Of a DNA stretch of 64,000 nt, positions 9,574 to 20,517 are shown piece after piece. A program made the translations under genes and the position numbers. The stretch lies in the UHGV virus genome UHGV-0165490; one strand, written 5' to 3'. Each line of letters starts with the position of its first letter. The first letter of the stretch is position 1. The DNA is from a virus. The notes beneath the pieces were generated by a model that made no database searches, was not told where the DNA came from, and was given only the letters and a program-made list of their open reading frames with translations.

Positions 9574-11223
9574 CTAAATAAAATCAATAGAAAAATATTG
9601 TTTGTGTTCCCTTAAATCCTGAATTGCCATAAATGATGACATACAAATATCGTCATGCCCAACTGAAGCTTCAAGAGTTCCCCTGCTCGAATTAAAAGCT
9701 ATTGAATTAAATTCACCAAACATTTCGTTAACAAGTAACCGTGTCTTTTCATCACCATACGGTACCCTTAAACGCCCACTTTCAAAAAGCGCCGATAATG
9801 ATGGTAGCCCGCTATGTAAATCTTTTTTCTTTCCTTCCGTCGTTGTGAACTCTTCTATATTAACTAAACCCCTCTCTTTCGCTAACCCCGCCAATATTTT
9901 TTGAAAACCATTACTTTCACAAACAATTTTATGAGGTTTATATTTAAAATTAAATTCAACTATCTTATTGACCTGCAAATCGTGGCTAATACCTTTACCT
10001 CTAAACATAGCGATGAGATATATATTTTCAAATGAATCTATACCCCAAACAGTAAAAACACTATAATCAGCACCTATATTACCCGATATCGCGAAATCAC
10101 AACCAATCACAACACGTTGCATTTTCACAGGAAATGTTTCAATATTTTCCGCGAAAACATACGCTTCCATGCCCCTCAATGAGCGCTTCAAATATTCGTA
10201 GGGGAATATGGTTGATGAATCGGCGATAGGAACAACGAGATACTCACGAGAAAAGACCAAAGTCCCCAGTGACTCTCTTTCTTGCGTCAATTTATCAAAT
10301 GTAAATCGATCAGGTGCCAATAATTGGCCATTTGGGAAAATCGCGGGATATTCGAATACTTTAAAATTTTTATCATTTTTCAAATCTGAATATAAGTCGG
10401 AAGGACTGTACGGTGTTCCCAACACCCACAAATAGCCATACGGTTCTACTATAGGGGTGATTGATCCGTAAAAGATCTCCTTTAATTTATCTCTTTGCTC
10501 TTGTGAATACAGTGATGACTCATCGGGCAAATCATCACAAACACAGCTACCAACATGTAATCCGCGGATCATTCCTTCCGAACCCCTCATGTGTAACATA
10601 GATCCTGTTTCGGTGATTATTCCTTTTGATCCCAATTTCGCTTTACCCCGCGGATTAAGTTTCTCAGATAAAATATCATTAACCCGGATCTCCTCAGCCA
10701 ACTTTAACACAAGAACTTCTCCCAGAGAACTTGAATTAACAATCAACGCTGTTTCCTTTCTATTCGCGTTATCAATGGTATCCTTTGTAAATAAACTGGG
10801 GGGATCATATGAATATAATCTCCATAAAATAAACGCAAATGACCCTTCAAAACTTTTACCGTGAGATCTACTCGCTAAAAGTGCAATTCTTAAATATAAT
10901 TGAATTAAATTTCCCCATTCCAAATTCCTCCATCCTTGCCTGAAAGAGGGTAAACATACTGTTTTAAAATAATTATAGCTTAATTTACGTAGAGTGAGAT
11001 CCATGCTTCTTTCCATGTTGGATAAATACTCTAATTTTTCAACATCGAGTGTCTTATCCAGGTTGGTCACACGTAAAACCTCTCCCCTTATCGTTGAAAG
11101 CAATTTATCTAAATCACTTTCGCAACCAGATAAAAGTTCCTGTAACGCAAGGGGCGGTAAATTTTCAATGATCTCTTCTACATATTTATCCTGTATTCTT
11201 ATCTGTTCAGGTGATAAAATCAT
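9574..11223 (-). CDS. Terminase large subunit
   Basis: ASRSHGKS Walker A, IRGLH, CDD Walker B, GTP coupling motif, GCDFA and HDD nuclease motifs. Confidence 0.93.
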   Translation of the reverse strand: MILSPEQIRIQDKYVEEIIENLPPLALQELLSGCESDLDKLLSTIRGEVLRVTNLDKTLDVEKLEYLSNMERSMDLTLRKLSYNYFKTVCLPSFRQGWRNLEWGNLIQLYLRIALLASRSHGKSFEGSFAFILWRLYSYDPPSLFTKDTIDNANRKETALIVNSSSLGEVLVLKLAEEIRVNDILSEKLNPRGKAKLGSKGIITETGSMLHMRGSEGMIRGLHVGSCVCDDLPDESSLYSQEQRDKLKEIFYGSITPIVEPYGYLWVLGTPYSPSDLYSDLKNDKNFKVFEYPAIFPNGQLLAPDRFTFDKLTQERESLGTLVFSREYLVVPIADSSTIFPYEYLKRSLRGMEAYVFAENIETFPVKMQRVVIGCDFAISGNIGADYSVFTVWGIDSFENIYLIAMFRGKGISHDLQVNKIVEFNFKYKPHKIVCESNGFQKILAGLAKERGLVNIEEFTTTEGKKKDLHSGLPSLSALFESGRLRVPYGDEKTRLLVNEMFGEFNSIAFNSSRGTLEASVGHDDICMSSFMAIQDLREHKQYFSIDFI

Positions 11224-11876
11224 GGAATTTGATATCGAAATGATGAACGAAATGATTCCTTGCTCCCCGGTGTATTTGCTGAACCTACAGACCTCAATCT
11301 TTTTATAAACTCAATAAAAAGTTTCGCTGTTGCCCTGGTATCATTTAAAGCCCTATGTGCACCCACTAAATCAATACCAAATTCATTGCAGCACGTTACA
11401 AGTTTATAATCTGATTGCTCCAAGTTCGCATAATACGCGTACCGTAATGTATCTTCTCTCCATTTCACATACTTTTCAATATCATCACCGGCAAACTCAA
11501 AAAGATTCTTAAAGAAATCAAAGTCAAATCCATCAAAATTGTGACCACCCAAAATCGCTTTATGCCGAGGATTTTTATATTTTACAAAAAGACTTTTAAG
11601 ATCTTTATATACTTGTTGTAAAGCAACACCACTCGATTCCAATACATCCAATTCAATACCGTTAACAGCAAGAGCTTCACATGATAAAATCAAATTATCT
11701 TTGTAGTCCGGTTTGATTAAATTATCATATTCTTCGATAATCTCTAATAATTCCATGTCAATAACACAACATGAAACCTCCAACAAAGCTACATCAAAAA
11801 CAGCTCTCCTGTCCTTACTTGGAAGTCCACCTGTCTCGGTGTCACTTATTATCACATACTTCACACTTGTTTTCAT
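11220..11876 (-). CDS. DEDDh 3'-5' exonuclease (DnaQ-like)
   Basis: DTETGG, GHN..FD, AHRALNDT. Confidence 0.92.
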   Translation of the reverse strand: MKTSVKYVIISDTETGGLPSKDRRAVFDVALLEVSCCVIDMELLEIIEEYDNLIKPDYKDNLILSCEALAVNGIELDVLESSGVALQQVYKDLKSLFVKYKNPRHKAILGGHNFDGFDFDFFKNLFEFAGDDIEKYVKWREDTLRYAYYANLEQSDYKLVTCCNEFGIDLVGAHRALNDTRATAKLFIEFIKRLRSVGSANTPGSKESFRSSFRYQIP

Positions 11877-12120
11877 CGTTCTGATTCATTTGATAAACAA
11901 AAACATTATACAACTTAACTCTCTGATCGTCAAATTTTGCTCTCTCAATCAACATTCCCCCGTTCCCAAATTTTTTCGGAATCTTTCCTCTACGAATATA
12001 ACCCTGGACATTTCCCACGGTAAATTTTTTACCTTCGTCCAACGCTATTTGTTCATTTAACCAATCCCTCAACGACATCAATGGTAAATTTTTAACCAGA
12101 TACTGTTTTCTCTTTTCCAT
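11842..12120 (-). CDS. Small putative DNA-binding protein
   Basis: FTVGNVQGYIRRGKIP resembles a MerR/excisionase-type HTH; start ATG at 12120. Confidence 0.45.
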   Translation of the reverse strand: MEKRKQYLVKNLPLMSLRDWLNEQIALDEGKKFTVGNVQGYIRRGKIPKKFGNGGMLIERAKFDDQRVKLYNVFVYQMNQNDENKCEVCDNK

Positions 12121-12598
12121 TATTTCTCTCAATTAATAAATTAAAATCTAAATCCCTTAACTCTTCGTCTCCATAGAAGATAACCTTATTATAAATCGGA
12201 GGTATTTTTTTAACATCAAGTGGTCCCTCGTTTAACACCAAACATGGAAGATCATCAACGTACGCTTTACGAAAGCTATATATCAACACAATGGCAATAT
12301 TCGTGTGATATATATCCGAAAAACAAAATAATCGCTTCAATGATTGTTTTTCTTGTTGCACTTCGTTAATCTTTAACGTGGAAACAAATTTTAACACCAT
12401 CGCAACAAAATCATTATCACTGATAGTTTTATATTTTTCAAAGATTTGAGATAAAGCATCGCTTTTCGTAATTTTTTCTACCGCGTTAACAAGTAACTCG
12501 ATAACTTTATAATCAAAACGAGATATAATATTGATATATCGCGAATCAACTTCCGACTCAAATTCTTTTATAACCTTCTCAATCACTTTCTTATTCAT
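12092..12598 (-). CDS. Hypothetical protein
   Basis: 168-aa ORF in operon. Confidence 0.7.
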   Translation of the reverse strand: MNKKVIEKVIKEFESEVDSRYINIISRFDYKVIELLVNAVEKITKSDALSQIFEKYKTISDNDFVAMVLKFVSTLKINEVQQEKQSLKRLFCFSDIYHTNIAIVLIYSFRKAYVDDLPCLVLNEGPLDVKKIPPIYNKVIFYGDEELRDLDFNLLIERNNGKEKTVSG

Positions 12599-12634
12599 GC
12601 TCTAAAAATAATAAATAAATTAAGAGTATACAAA

Positions 12635-13030
12635 TTATACTCTTTTTCTTTTTAAAAATTCTTCATGTGAGCCATGGTCCCACAAGTAATGGCACTCATA
12701 ACATAAAAGTTCAATATTGTCTTTAATGAGTCTCTGCTCAGGAAATGCTCCTTTCGATTTTTTGTGACTAAAAAAATGCGTTTTAGGTGTATCACCCAGC
12801 GGTTTACCACAATTCTCACAATAATGTGGTCTTTCGTCCCATATTGACAAAAAAATAGCTCTTTCTCCCGTTGATTTTCTTGGTTTATTTCCCAGCGGAC
12901 TTTTTTTTAGACCAAACATCTTACGGGGATTACCTAACCGTTTTCTATTACATATATCACACAACGCATATTTCTTATTCACTATAATTCTCAATTTACC
13001 ACACTCATTGCAAACACTTCTTTCCCGCAT
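12635..13030 (-). CDS. HNH endonuclease with zinc fingers
   Basis: CNEC, CDIC, CENC...SH...NIELLCYECH. Confidence 0.75.
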   Translation of the reverse strand: MRERSVCNECGKLRIIVNKKYALCDICNRKRLGNPRKMFGLKKSPLGNKPRKSTGERAIFLSIWDERPHYCENCGKPLGDTPKTHFFSHKKSKGAFPEQRLIKDNIELLCYECHYLWDHGSHEEFLKRKRV

Positions 13031-13553
13031 AATTCTCCTGTTTTATCATATTTTCACATTTACTATTAAAACGGCAAGCGATACAATCACTATTTTTTTT
13101 GTCATATAAAGTTCCTCCAAAACTTTCGCAATGGAGGAAGCCCCTTATACTGTTGAAATATTTTCTTCGCTGTAAAACTTTATATGGCTCAGACATCTCA
13201 TATTCGTACGAATGTGAAAGTGGATTTTTAAGACCATATATATGCTTAAAATTTTGCGTGTAATAAATCATCGTTGGCGTCCTCTTGCTATAACGTTGAA
13301 GCATTTTATCACCATAAATCCACCCCACCGTTAATTTTCTACTCGTTAGCTGCCCTTCATACCATGCAAAACCAAACACTGAATAATCCCATAAAAATTC
13401 CGACCCTCGAAACGGGGAAATCTTATCAACAAAATTTTGTATTATCTTTAAATTCAATCCTTCCAATCTAAGTTTGAATTCTGGTCGTTGATATTTATGC
13501 TGATATAAATATTCAAAAACAACGACAACATCATTTACCGTTATACTTTTCAT
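13005..13553 (-). CDS. Hypothetical protein (C-terminal Cys cluster)
   Basis: 182-aa ORF with C...CIAC...C; directly after the promoter core at 13558. Confidence 0.65.
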   Translation of the reverse strand: MKSITVNDVVVVFEYLYQHKYQRPEFKLRLEGLNLKIIQNFVDKISPFRGSEFLWDYSVFGFAWYEGQLTSRKLTVGWIYGDKMLQRYSKRTPTMIYYTQNFKHIYGLKNPLSHSYEYEMSEPYKVLQRRKYFNSIRGFLHCESFGGTLYDKKNSDCIACRFNSKCENMIKQENYAGKKCLQ

Positions 13554-13557
13554 AATG

Positions 13558-13589
13558 TAAAGATATAAAAAGTATACTTGTTAAGCAAA
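13558..13589 (-). promoter_or_regulatory. Promoter, divergent core of the repeat
   Basis: Minus strand reads TTTG-cttaacAAGTATACTTttta-TATCTTTA. Confidence 0.75.
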
Positions 13590-13591
13590 AA

Positions 13592-13615
13592 GAAAAGCGG
13601 AAATTTCCGCTTTTT
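13592..13615 (-). terminator. Intrinsic terminator ending the tail operon
   Basis: aaaagcggaaa/tttccgctttt inverted repeat with T/A tracts. Confidence 0.7.
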
Positions 13616-13634
13616 CATAAAAATATAAATGTAA

Positions 13635-14189
13635 TTATTCCCAGGTAACGGTAAAATCAACAATTTCGTGGTCTGCTTTCTGCACGGGTTCGTACCAATA
13701 AGGCTTTTCGGGTAAAGGTGTGGCGATATTATCATATTCATTTTTAACTTTTATTTTATCAACCTCTCTTCTAAACCAAATACCAACACACACACCGGGA
13801 GCAACATCACCTATACTTATTTGATCACCCGCACCAATAAATTCACCCACAAACGGCTTACTATAAATAGTGGGAATGCTTTCCATCACATATCTTTGCT
13901 CAGAATCAAGAGTCATCGCAACAGGTGCCATGGAAAATGAACATACATTATTTTCAGAAAATCCCAGCTCCAGCACAACATTCACTGCGGGAGAATCTGA
14001 TTCATTTTTTAAAACAATTGCACGATACTCCGTTGTCGCTTTCATTTCACCATACAATGAAAGTTCCCCGAATAAATTGTTAAGATCAGCATTCACAACT
14101 TGTAATGACGATACATAACCTCCTAATGAAAATGACGGACTATCAGGCCCTGTTCCGTCATTTTTGCTTGTGGTATAAAATAATTGCAT
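13635..14189 (-). CDS. Virion structural (baseplate/tail-associated) protein
   Basis: SLGGY...NNLF...EYRAI...GIWFRR, a pattern typical of phage beta-sandwich tail proteins; end of tail operon. Confidence 0.55.
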   Translation of the reverse strand: MQLFYTTSKNDGTGPDSPSFSLGGYVSSLQVVNADLNNLFGELSLYGEMKATTEYRAIVLKNESDSPAVNVVLELGFSENNVCSFSMAPVAMTLDSEQRYVMESIPTIYSKPFVGEFIGAGDQISIGDVAPGVCVGIWFRREVDKIKVKNEYDNIATPLPEKPYWYEPVQKADHEIVDFTVTWE

Positions 14190-14202
14190 AATGTCATTTT
14201 TA

Positions 14203-15063
14203 TTACATTGACCAATACGGTCTGTTTGTTAATAAGTTATCGATTGAAAGCGCACCGTTCGTATTTGTCACTTTCGCAATTGTATAACCTGTCGAATCAT
14301 TATTCGCGGACGAAACCGTTGAAACCATCGCTTGGATGTCAAAACCATCATATTCATAAAGATGAGGACGCGTTTCCCACGTAAACCCGGCACCAGCATA
14401 TTTACTCCATACCTGACCGAGAGGCAATGTCCCACAAACAATATATTTTAACCCCTTTTCAGCAACAATAGGAGTGTCAGAGGTTACCGTCATCTGTGTC
14501 GCTGTTGCCTGACCATTTAACGCGACAACTTCATAATACCCTGAATTTACGGCTTCCGTGATTTGGGTATCGGTGCTAATAACGGAATCAACTTTCACAA
14601 ACCGAATGGTTACGGGTTCATCTGTTCCATTTCCGCGCAACACAACATTAAAATTAGTTGAGTACCCCGTTATCGATCCATCAGCGTTAATATCCAATGT
14701 TCCCTCCTCCCATATCACCTTTTTGGGTTTAATGATCACATAGCTAACACCCGCGGGAAACGATAACCCGCTAATTCCCGCAAATTTTACAATTCTTATA
14801 CTTCTATTAAATAGCGTATCAGTGGGATTATATGATATAATCATTCCCGGTGCGATGGAAACAATACCATCCGTTCCCTGTTTAACTTCAAACGCGTACC
14901 CCGTATTCCCCGCGGTGGGCTTTATCGCCGCGACAATACCCGGTGTTTTTGAAGCAAACTTCAAATAATTCATAAACACACTATCAATTATAGAAAACTC
15001 TTGCAATCTATCAATTTCCTGTTTCGCTAAAAAAACACTCTGCTCTAAATTTAAATTTGACAT
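14203..15063 (-). CDS. Putative baseplate/tail protein
   Basis: Beta-rich 286-aa ORF in tail operon. Confidence 0.5.
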   Translation of the reverse strand: MSNLNLEQSVFLAKQEIDRLQEFSIIDSVFMNYLKFASKTPGIVAAIKPTAGNTGYAFEVKQGTDGIVSIAPGMIISYNPTDTLFNRSIRIVKFAGISGLSFPAGVSYVIIKPKKVIWEEGTLDINADGSITGYSTNFNVVLRGNGTDEPVTIRFVKVDSVISTDTQITEAVNSGYYEVVALNGQATATQMTVTSDTPIVAEKGLKYIVCGTLPLGQVWSKYAGAGFTWETRPHLYEYDGFDIQAMVSTVSSANNDSTGYTIAKVTNTNGALSIDNLLTNRPYWSM

Positions 15064-15084
15064 ATCCCGTATTTTTATATTTCC

Positions 15085-18000
15085 TTAAACAATTTGTATA
15101 ACTTCATACTGTACATTCGGCAAGGTGGGTAATCCTTCAATTCTTGTCTGCTGACTCGAATCACCTAACACAACGGTTAATTCTATCAAAAGTGACTGAT
15201 CTTTCACATATGATAAATAATCAGCTGCACTATTAAACGTTACATTTAATTTGGCAAATTCATAACTTGTGTCCTTAAATGTAAACGCACCCCTACCTAA
15301 AACAATATCTTTTGTGCGGTCAGTTGGATCAACAACAATAAGTGCCGCGACATATCCGCCCACGCCAGCGATTGAAGGAAGTGTTTTAGCCGAATAAAAA
15401 CTGTATGTAATAGTTTGAAGTTTTGAATTACCTAAAACTCCATCGGTCCACGCCGCGCTTCCAATAACCCCGCCTTTATTTAAATATTCCCCCGTTACTG
15501 TGTTTATGCCACAGCTATAACCCAATTTTGAATAAAATTGAGATGTTAAGCTATTTGTTCCGTTAATTGAATAATTCAAATTCACATAGCTTGGTGCGCC
15601 TTGTCCCTGTAATGTCAACAATACTTTCTGCGTCAATGAATTACCACCCTGTGTCGTGAGGGTTAATTCATAACTTCCTTCCGTCAATGCTGAGTTATAA
15701 AAATTAAAGAATGAACCCTTACCCGCGGTTGATGCTTTAAAATTCGCCTGATCCATCAACTCTTTGGTTAAATCAGTTATAACCCCCGTTACCGTATTTT
15801 TCGCTGTTAATTTAAAATATTCAACCCACACATTTCTTGCCAATGAACGATTAAAATAAATACCGGAAGTACGACTGCTCTTATTAACAACAATAGGTTG
15901 TGAGGAATTAACCCCCTTCGGAACCATGTTTGCTTGGATATCCGTATCACCGGATCCGACTCCATCCGAGCATATATACGTAGGACGAGCATATTCACCC
16001 ACGATATTAAAATCAGCACCCGCAAGTGTTGCTCCTAAATAATAATTTTTAAGCACAGGTAAAATTTGAGGGAATAACGCGGCATTAATATAAAGACTAT
16101 AATCTTCAAAATATCCCGTAAAATAAACAACATTATTCAATAACATACTACCACCCACAAGGTTCGCGGTAACGGTTGACCAATTTATTCCACTAATTGA
16201 ACCACCCACAAACTCAAACGGTTTTCCATTCAAATACGCTGAAGGTGTTCCCGCGGATATCATAACAATAAGATTATTCCACCCGTTAACAATAAGTGCA
16301 TCACCCTTGTTGACACCACCACGAACATTATCTGTTGAACCAGTTTTTGTCATCCAACAATCTATATTAGGATTGCTTGTGCCATCCTCATATGTTCGAA
16401 TTCCATAGCCAAGACTCAATCCACCCCCACTTACCAACCTACCCAACATATTATTTGCGAGCCCGTCCATTGAGAAAAAGTTCAACGATAGAAGAAAATC
16501 TCCTGTAACTTTTGAATTATCATTCAAACGAACATAATTATCGCCCTTTATAAAATCTATACAATTTCGATTATCAAAACCTGCAGAATAATATGTCGCG
16601 GGCTTTAATGTCGTTGCGTTATAACCATTGCCTGATATATCGTTCGTATTTTCACTCAAGGGTAATCGCATTAACGAAGGTAACGTCGAGAAGATATCTA
16701 TTGATTCCGTGTAAAGTGTACTCTTATAATGTTTGGAAAAGAATAGATCAAGTGCTCCGTAATAAACATCATTCGTGGGATTGGGAACATTTCCTAAAAA
16801 TAAAACTCCATATGATGGATTATTTGTACTTTCACCAATTTCCGACGCCGCGTCAAATGCCGTGTATGTCTGTGAAAATAATTTTGTACAGGGGGAAAGC
16901 GTTACATCGCCATAACTACCCCGCATATTCTCTAACACAAGAGCTGCATTATTATTCAGTGTTAAACTTCCATACTGTGCGCCCTGACTTAGAGCTGAGA
17001 ATAAATTTTTAACACTTACTAATTTTGCACAACTTGTTATTGATATCTTTTCACCCGGCCCTGATGCAGGGGCTACATTACTCTTGCTTAAAGTTAACGA
17101 TGTCAAACTATTCATTCCTGTTAAGACAAAATAGTTTAATGCCTGATTGGGATAATTCAATGTCGTTATTTGTGATCTTTGTACCTCCAGGCTGTGCAAT
17201 GATGTAAAGGGTGTAAGAATAAGTTGTGTTAATATACCTCCATCTATTCGCAAATCTTCCAATCGATTATCATTTGTAAGAGAAAGGCTACTTAAATTAC
17301 CCCCAAACGAATATACCCGATATAAAACCGGATTATTTGAAAGATCAAGAACAGATAAGACACTAAATTTTGTCTCATTCCATCCGACTGTGAATTCTGA
17401 TAAATTATTGTTGTTAGATATATTAACTTGCTGTACGCTTGTTAATGAGGATCCAAACCAACTACCCGATATCTTCGTAAACAAGTTAAAACTTATATTT
17501 AACGTCTGCAATTTTTCACAATTTCGAATATTTACGGTGGGTGAATATATATTACCTGCCCAGGTAAATTTATTATGTGATACATCGATAAACGTTAAAT
17601 TTGTATTATTTTCCAAATTAACATCGTTAAGATTGTTGTTTGATACATTCAACGCAACAATCTTAGTTAAAACCTGCACACCCTCCCATGAATTTTCCAA
17701 ATTATTGTACGATGCATCAAGCGTAGTTATATTGACTGCTTGCCCAAATTCCAACACGCTTATATCACAGGACGAACAATTTAATGACAGCAAGGATGGA
17801 ATATTGATACCATTAACAGTCGTTATCGGATTATTGGTACATTTTAACGATGTCGCGCTACTGCTACTGATATTCGATGATATATTATTAATTCTATTAT
17901 CAGAAATATCTATTGTTGAAAGCGCATTATCATTTAACAAAATAATCGTTGTTAAATTGTTATTCCGAATCACATTCACGGTTTTCAGCAACGATGAATT

Positions 18001-20508
18001 ACTGCATATCAAAGTGTTTAGACTGGTATTATTCGAAATAGATAATGCTGTTAGTAAATTGTTACTTATTGACAACGACTTCATTGTTCCCAGTGATGAG
18101 GGCAATGAAGATAAACGATTGTTGTTAATACTTAAAGTATTGATGATTGCGCCTGTATCAATAAAACTACTGATATTATTATTATCAAGATTAACTATCG
18201 AAAGTTTTTTCAGATTCGAAACATTAACCGCTGTCAAACGATTACTACCGGCATAAACAGTCGTTAAATTAGTATTGGCTGAGAGATTTAAATTTGATAA
18301 TTGATTGTTTTCACAATGAAGTGATGCCAAATTTATCTGTGAACCTATATTCAAATTTGTTATTAAATTACCACGACAATCAATTGATCTCACATTGTAA
18401 TAATCAGGAAGAGTTATGGATGTGATCCGCTGACTGGGGCAAACCAGTGATGTTAAATCAGCCAATCCGCCCAAATATATTGTATGAGATGCTTGCCCGT
18501 CACTATATGTATGCTGTAGCTTCGCTGTCTCGGAAGGCGAATCAACATCTGTTGATGTTCCATCACCCCATGCAATTCTCATACTGCCGCCCTGAAATTG
18601 TGTTCCAGCCAATGATACGGTTGAACCGCTTGTCACAATAATACCTCTTTGTGAAGTAAAAATCGCTGTAACTGTATTATTCGTCTTCAGCGGTGCAAGA
18701 TCAATAAAATTAGAAGGTGGATAAGATATAGGATCAGCACCCTCCTCTTGTACAACTATCTGTTCGAGGGTGTATCCATTATTCGTTTCAATACCCACTC
18801 TAACAATTGTTCCCTCCGAATAAGTACCCGCACCTGTTAAAACACCGCCGCTTTCCGGGTCAGCAATCGTTTTAACCCAAAAATATTTTAAAACGACATC
18901 TTTCAAAATATCTGAAACAAAAACATCCTTGTATGACAAAAGATATTGCTGTATAAATCTTTTCACATACGCTTCCGATCTACCGGATAAATTATAAAAA
19001 TAACTTACCACAATATTTCTCACACCTATGTAACCTTGTGTGAAAGGTAATTCAAAGGGTTTTACTTTAACATCATTAATGTATAACGTCTTACATCCCG
19101 CTGCATAATTCTGCGTGATAACAGGTGAAAAATATTTTACTTCAACTGGCTGTATAAGGGGTTCGCCATTTAAAAAATTTAATTTAGCTCCCGGGGTGCT
19201 TCTTGTTGCTGCACCCATGATAATCGCTCTAAACCAATACGTAGTATTTTCTTTTAAAATACACACCGCGGGGGGTTGAGGGGGAGCAAAAAAACTATTC
19301 CAATTAACACTTTGATCATCCAGCCTTTTAAAATTTACTTGCGAATAATTTTCATCATACCCTTGCACGCCAAATTGCAAATTATCATCTCCCTCTCCCT
19401 CTCCCATGACACGAAAACTAATCTCATACGCAAGTGCAGGTGCTATTCTAAAAATTTTGCCCTCCATTAATGCTGTTTCAACAGATCCACTAAGCTTTAT
19501 ACCGTTCTCACCGTCCGACGCTGGAAATTTCAACCACTTTTTGCCCTCCTTCTCAACAACGGTTACATTACCCGCAAGCGGGTACTTATCCACGTCCAAT
19601 TCAGCTGTGTTATCACCAAATTCATAACCCTTCGTTGCGTTAACTATCCTACTTGTATTTTTCCAGGTGGGAGATGAATACCCAACGCACCACCCTATAT
19701 CTTGCCTCACAAGATTGAAATACAAAAATTCATTCGCTTTATTATATTCGATTAATCGTAAAAATTCTCCCATAATGAGTGTAGGCTCTGCACTTGTTCC
19801 ATATTCACTCATTATATATTTTGTCCCTCTTTTTCTATACTCATCAATATAATTTGAAAACAAATATTCTTTCTGTGATAATGTCTCATTTCCGGTTAAC
19901 ACAATACCTCGTGATTCCAAAAATGCATTAAAAAGAATAGGATTCGAAGGAATATTCAAAAATTGCCTCGACATGTACACAATTAACGCAAACATGTGGG
20001 TTATTGATAACCAATACGAGATAAAATCTTTACTATTTTCGGTATAATCTCTTTTAATATACTTAGGAAGCACACCTTGCACGTACAATTTTTCAAGAAC
20101 ATTAAAAGCCCACCTCAACACGTTAACATCATTAACATCAAAAAACTGACTAAAATCTGTTTTTTTGTATATTACATCACTGCCAGGTGTAAGTTGCCCA
20201 TCGAGTTGCACCCAGTTAAAATACAGAGGACCATCCAACCCCACGTGCTGATACGCATAATTAAATGTAACCCAATCTTTTTCTCCAAAAGATAAATTCT
20301 GTAAATTCTCCGCGGTTAATGGAATCCAGTCAGTGTATGTTTTACCTAAATTAACGGAATAACGAAACTTTTTAACAAAATAAAGATTGCTATCTTCCCC
20401 TTCAGTCGAATCGAGAAAACCACTTAAAAATGCTATACCCAAAACGGGTACATCCGTTTCTATTAACAAAACGTCTCCTGATTCAGTGCTTCTATTATCA
20501 ATTATCAT
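15085..20508 (-). CDS. Large baseplate-anchored adhesin: N-terminal baseplate domain, B-repeat, PKD, leucine-rich repeats, LamG
   Basis: GGVLTGAGTYSEG (InlB B-repeat-like), WGDG (PKD), many LxxLxxxxNxL repeats, PLSENTNDISGNG...WNNL (LamG/ConA). Confidence 0.75.
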   Translation of the reverse strand: MIIDNRSTESGDVLLIETDVPVLGIAFLSGFLDSTEGEDSNLYFVKKFRYSVNLGKTYTDWIPLTAENLQNLSFGEKDWVTFNYAYQHVGLDGPLYFNWVQLDGQLTPGSDVIYKKTDFSQFFDVNDVNVLRWAFNVLEKLYVQGVLPKYIKRDYTENSKDFISYWLSITHMFALIVYMSRQFLNIPSNPILFNAFLESRGIVLTGNETLSQKEYLFSNYIDEYRKRGTKYIMSEYGTSAEPTLIMGEFLRLIEYNKANEFLYFNLVRQDIGWCVGYSSPTWKNTSRIVNATKGYEFGDNTAELDVDKYPLAGNVTVVEKEGKKWLKFPASDGENGIKLSGSVETALMEGKIFRIAPALAYEISFRVMGEGEGDDNLQFGVQGYDENYSQVNFKRLDDQSVNWNSFFAPPQPPAVCILKENTTYWFRAIIMGAATRSTPGAKLNFLNGEPLIQPVEVKYFSPVITQNYAAGCKTLYINDVKVKPFELPFTQGYIGVRNIVVSYFYNLSGRSEAYVKRFIQQYLLSYKDVFVSDILKDVVLKYFWVKTIADPESGGVLTGAGTYSEGTIVRVGIETNNGYTLEQIVVQEEGADPISYPPSNFIDLAPLKTNNTVTAIFTSQRGIIVTSGSTVSLAGTQFQGGSMRIAWGDGTSTDVDSPSETAKLQHTYSDGQASHTIYLGGLADLTSLVCPSQRITSITLPDYYNVRSIDCRGNLITNLNIGSQINLASLHCENNQLSNLNLSANTNLTTVYAGSNRLTAVNVSNLKKLSIVNLDNNNISSFIDTGAIINTLSINNNRLSSLPSSLGTMKSLSISNNLLTALSISNNTSLNTLICSNSSLLKTVNVIRNNNLTTIILLNDNALSTIDISDNRINNISSNISSSSATSLKCTNNPITTVNGINIPSLLSLNCSSCDISVLEFGQAVNITTLDASYNNLENSWEGVQVLTKIVALNVSNNNLNDVNLENNTNLTFIDVSHNKFTWAGNIYSPTVNIRNCEKLQTLNISFNLFTKISGSWFGSSLTSVQQVNISNNNNLSEFTVGWNETKFSVLSVLDLSNNPVLYRVYSFGGNLSSLSLTNDNRLEDLRIDGGILTQLILTPFTSLHSLEVQRSQITTLNYPNQALNYFVLTGMNSLTSLTLSKSNVAPASGPGEKISITSCAKLVSVKNLFSALSQGAQYGSLTLNNNAALVLENMRGSYGDVTLSPCTKLFSQTYTAFDAASEIGESTNNPSYGVLFLGNVPNPTNDVYYGALDLFFSKHYKSTLYTESIDIFSTLPSLMRLPLSENTNDISGNGYNATTLKPATYYSAGFDNRNCIDFIKGDNYVRLNDNSKVTGDFLLSLNFFSMDGLANNMLGRLVSGGGLSLGYGIRTYEDGTSNPNIDCWMTKTGSTDNVRGGVNKGDALIVNGWNNLIVMISAGTPSAYLNGKPFEFVGGSISGINWSTVTANLVGGSMLLNNVVYFTGYFEDYSLYINAALFPQILPVLKNYYLGATLAGADFNIVGEYARPTYICSDGVGSGDTDIQANMVPKGVNSSQPIVVNKSSRTSGIYFNRSLARNVWVEYFKLTAKNTVTGVITDLTKELMDQANFKASTAGKGSFFNFYNSALTEGSYELTLTTQGGNSLTQKVLLTLQGQGAPSYVNLNYSINGTNSLTSQFYSKLGYSCGINTVTGEYLNKGGVIGSAAWTDGVLGNSKLQTITYSFYSAKTLPSIAGVGGYVAALIVVDPTDRTKDIVLGRGAFTFKDTSYEFAKLNVTFNSAADYLSYVKDQSLLIELTVVLGDSSQQTRIEGLPTLPNVQYEVIQIV

Positions 20509-20517
20509 AATTCGCTT

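Noticed and set aside
17390..18256. 288-aa plus-strand ORF and the many other antisense ORFs in the track
   Set aside because: Shadow frames of Asn/Leu-rich or otherwise well-supported minus-strand genes, with no recognisable motifs
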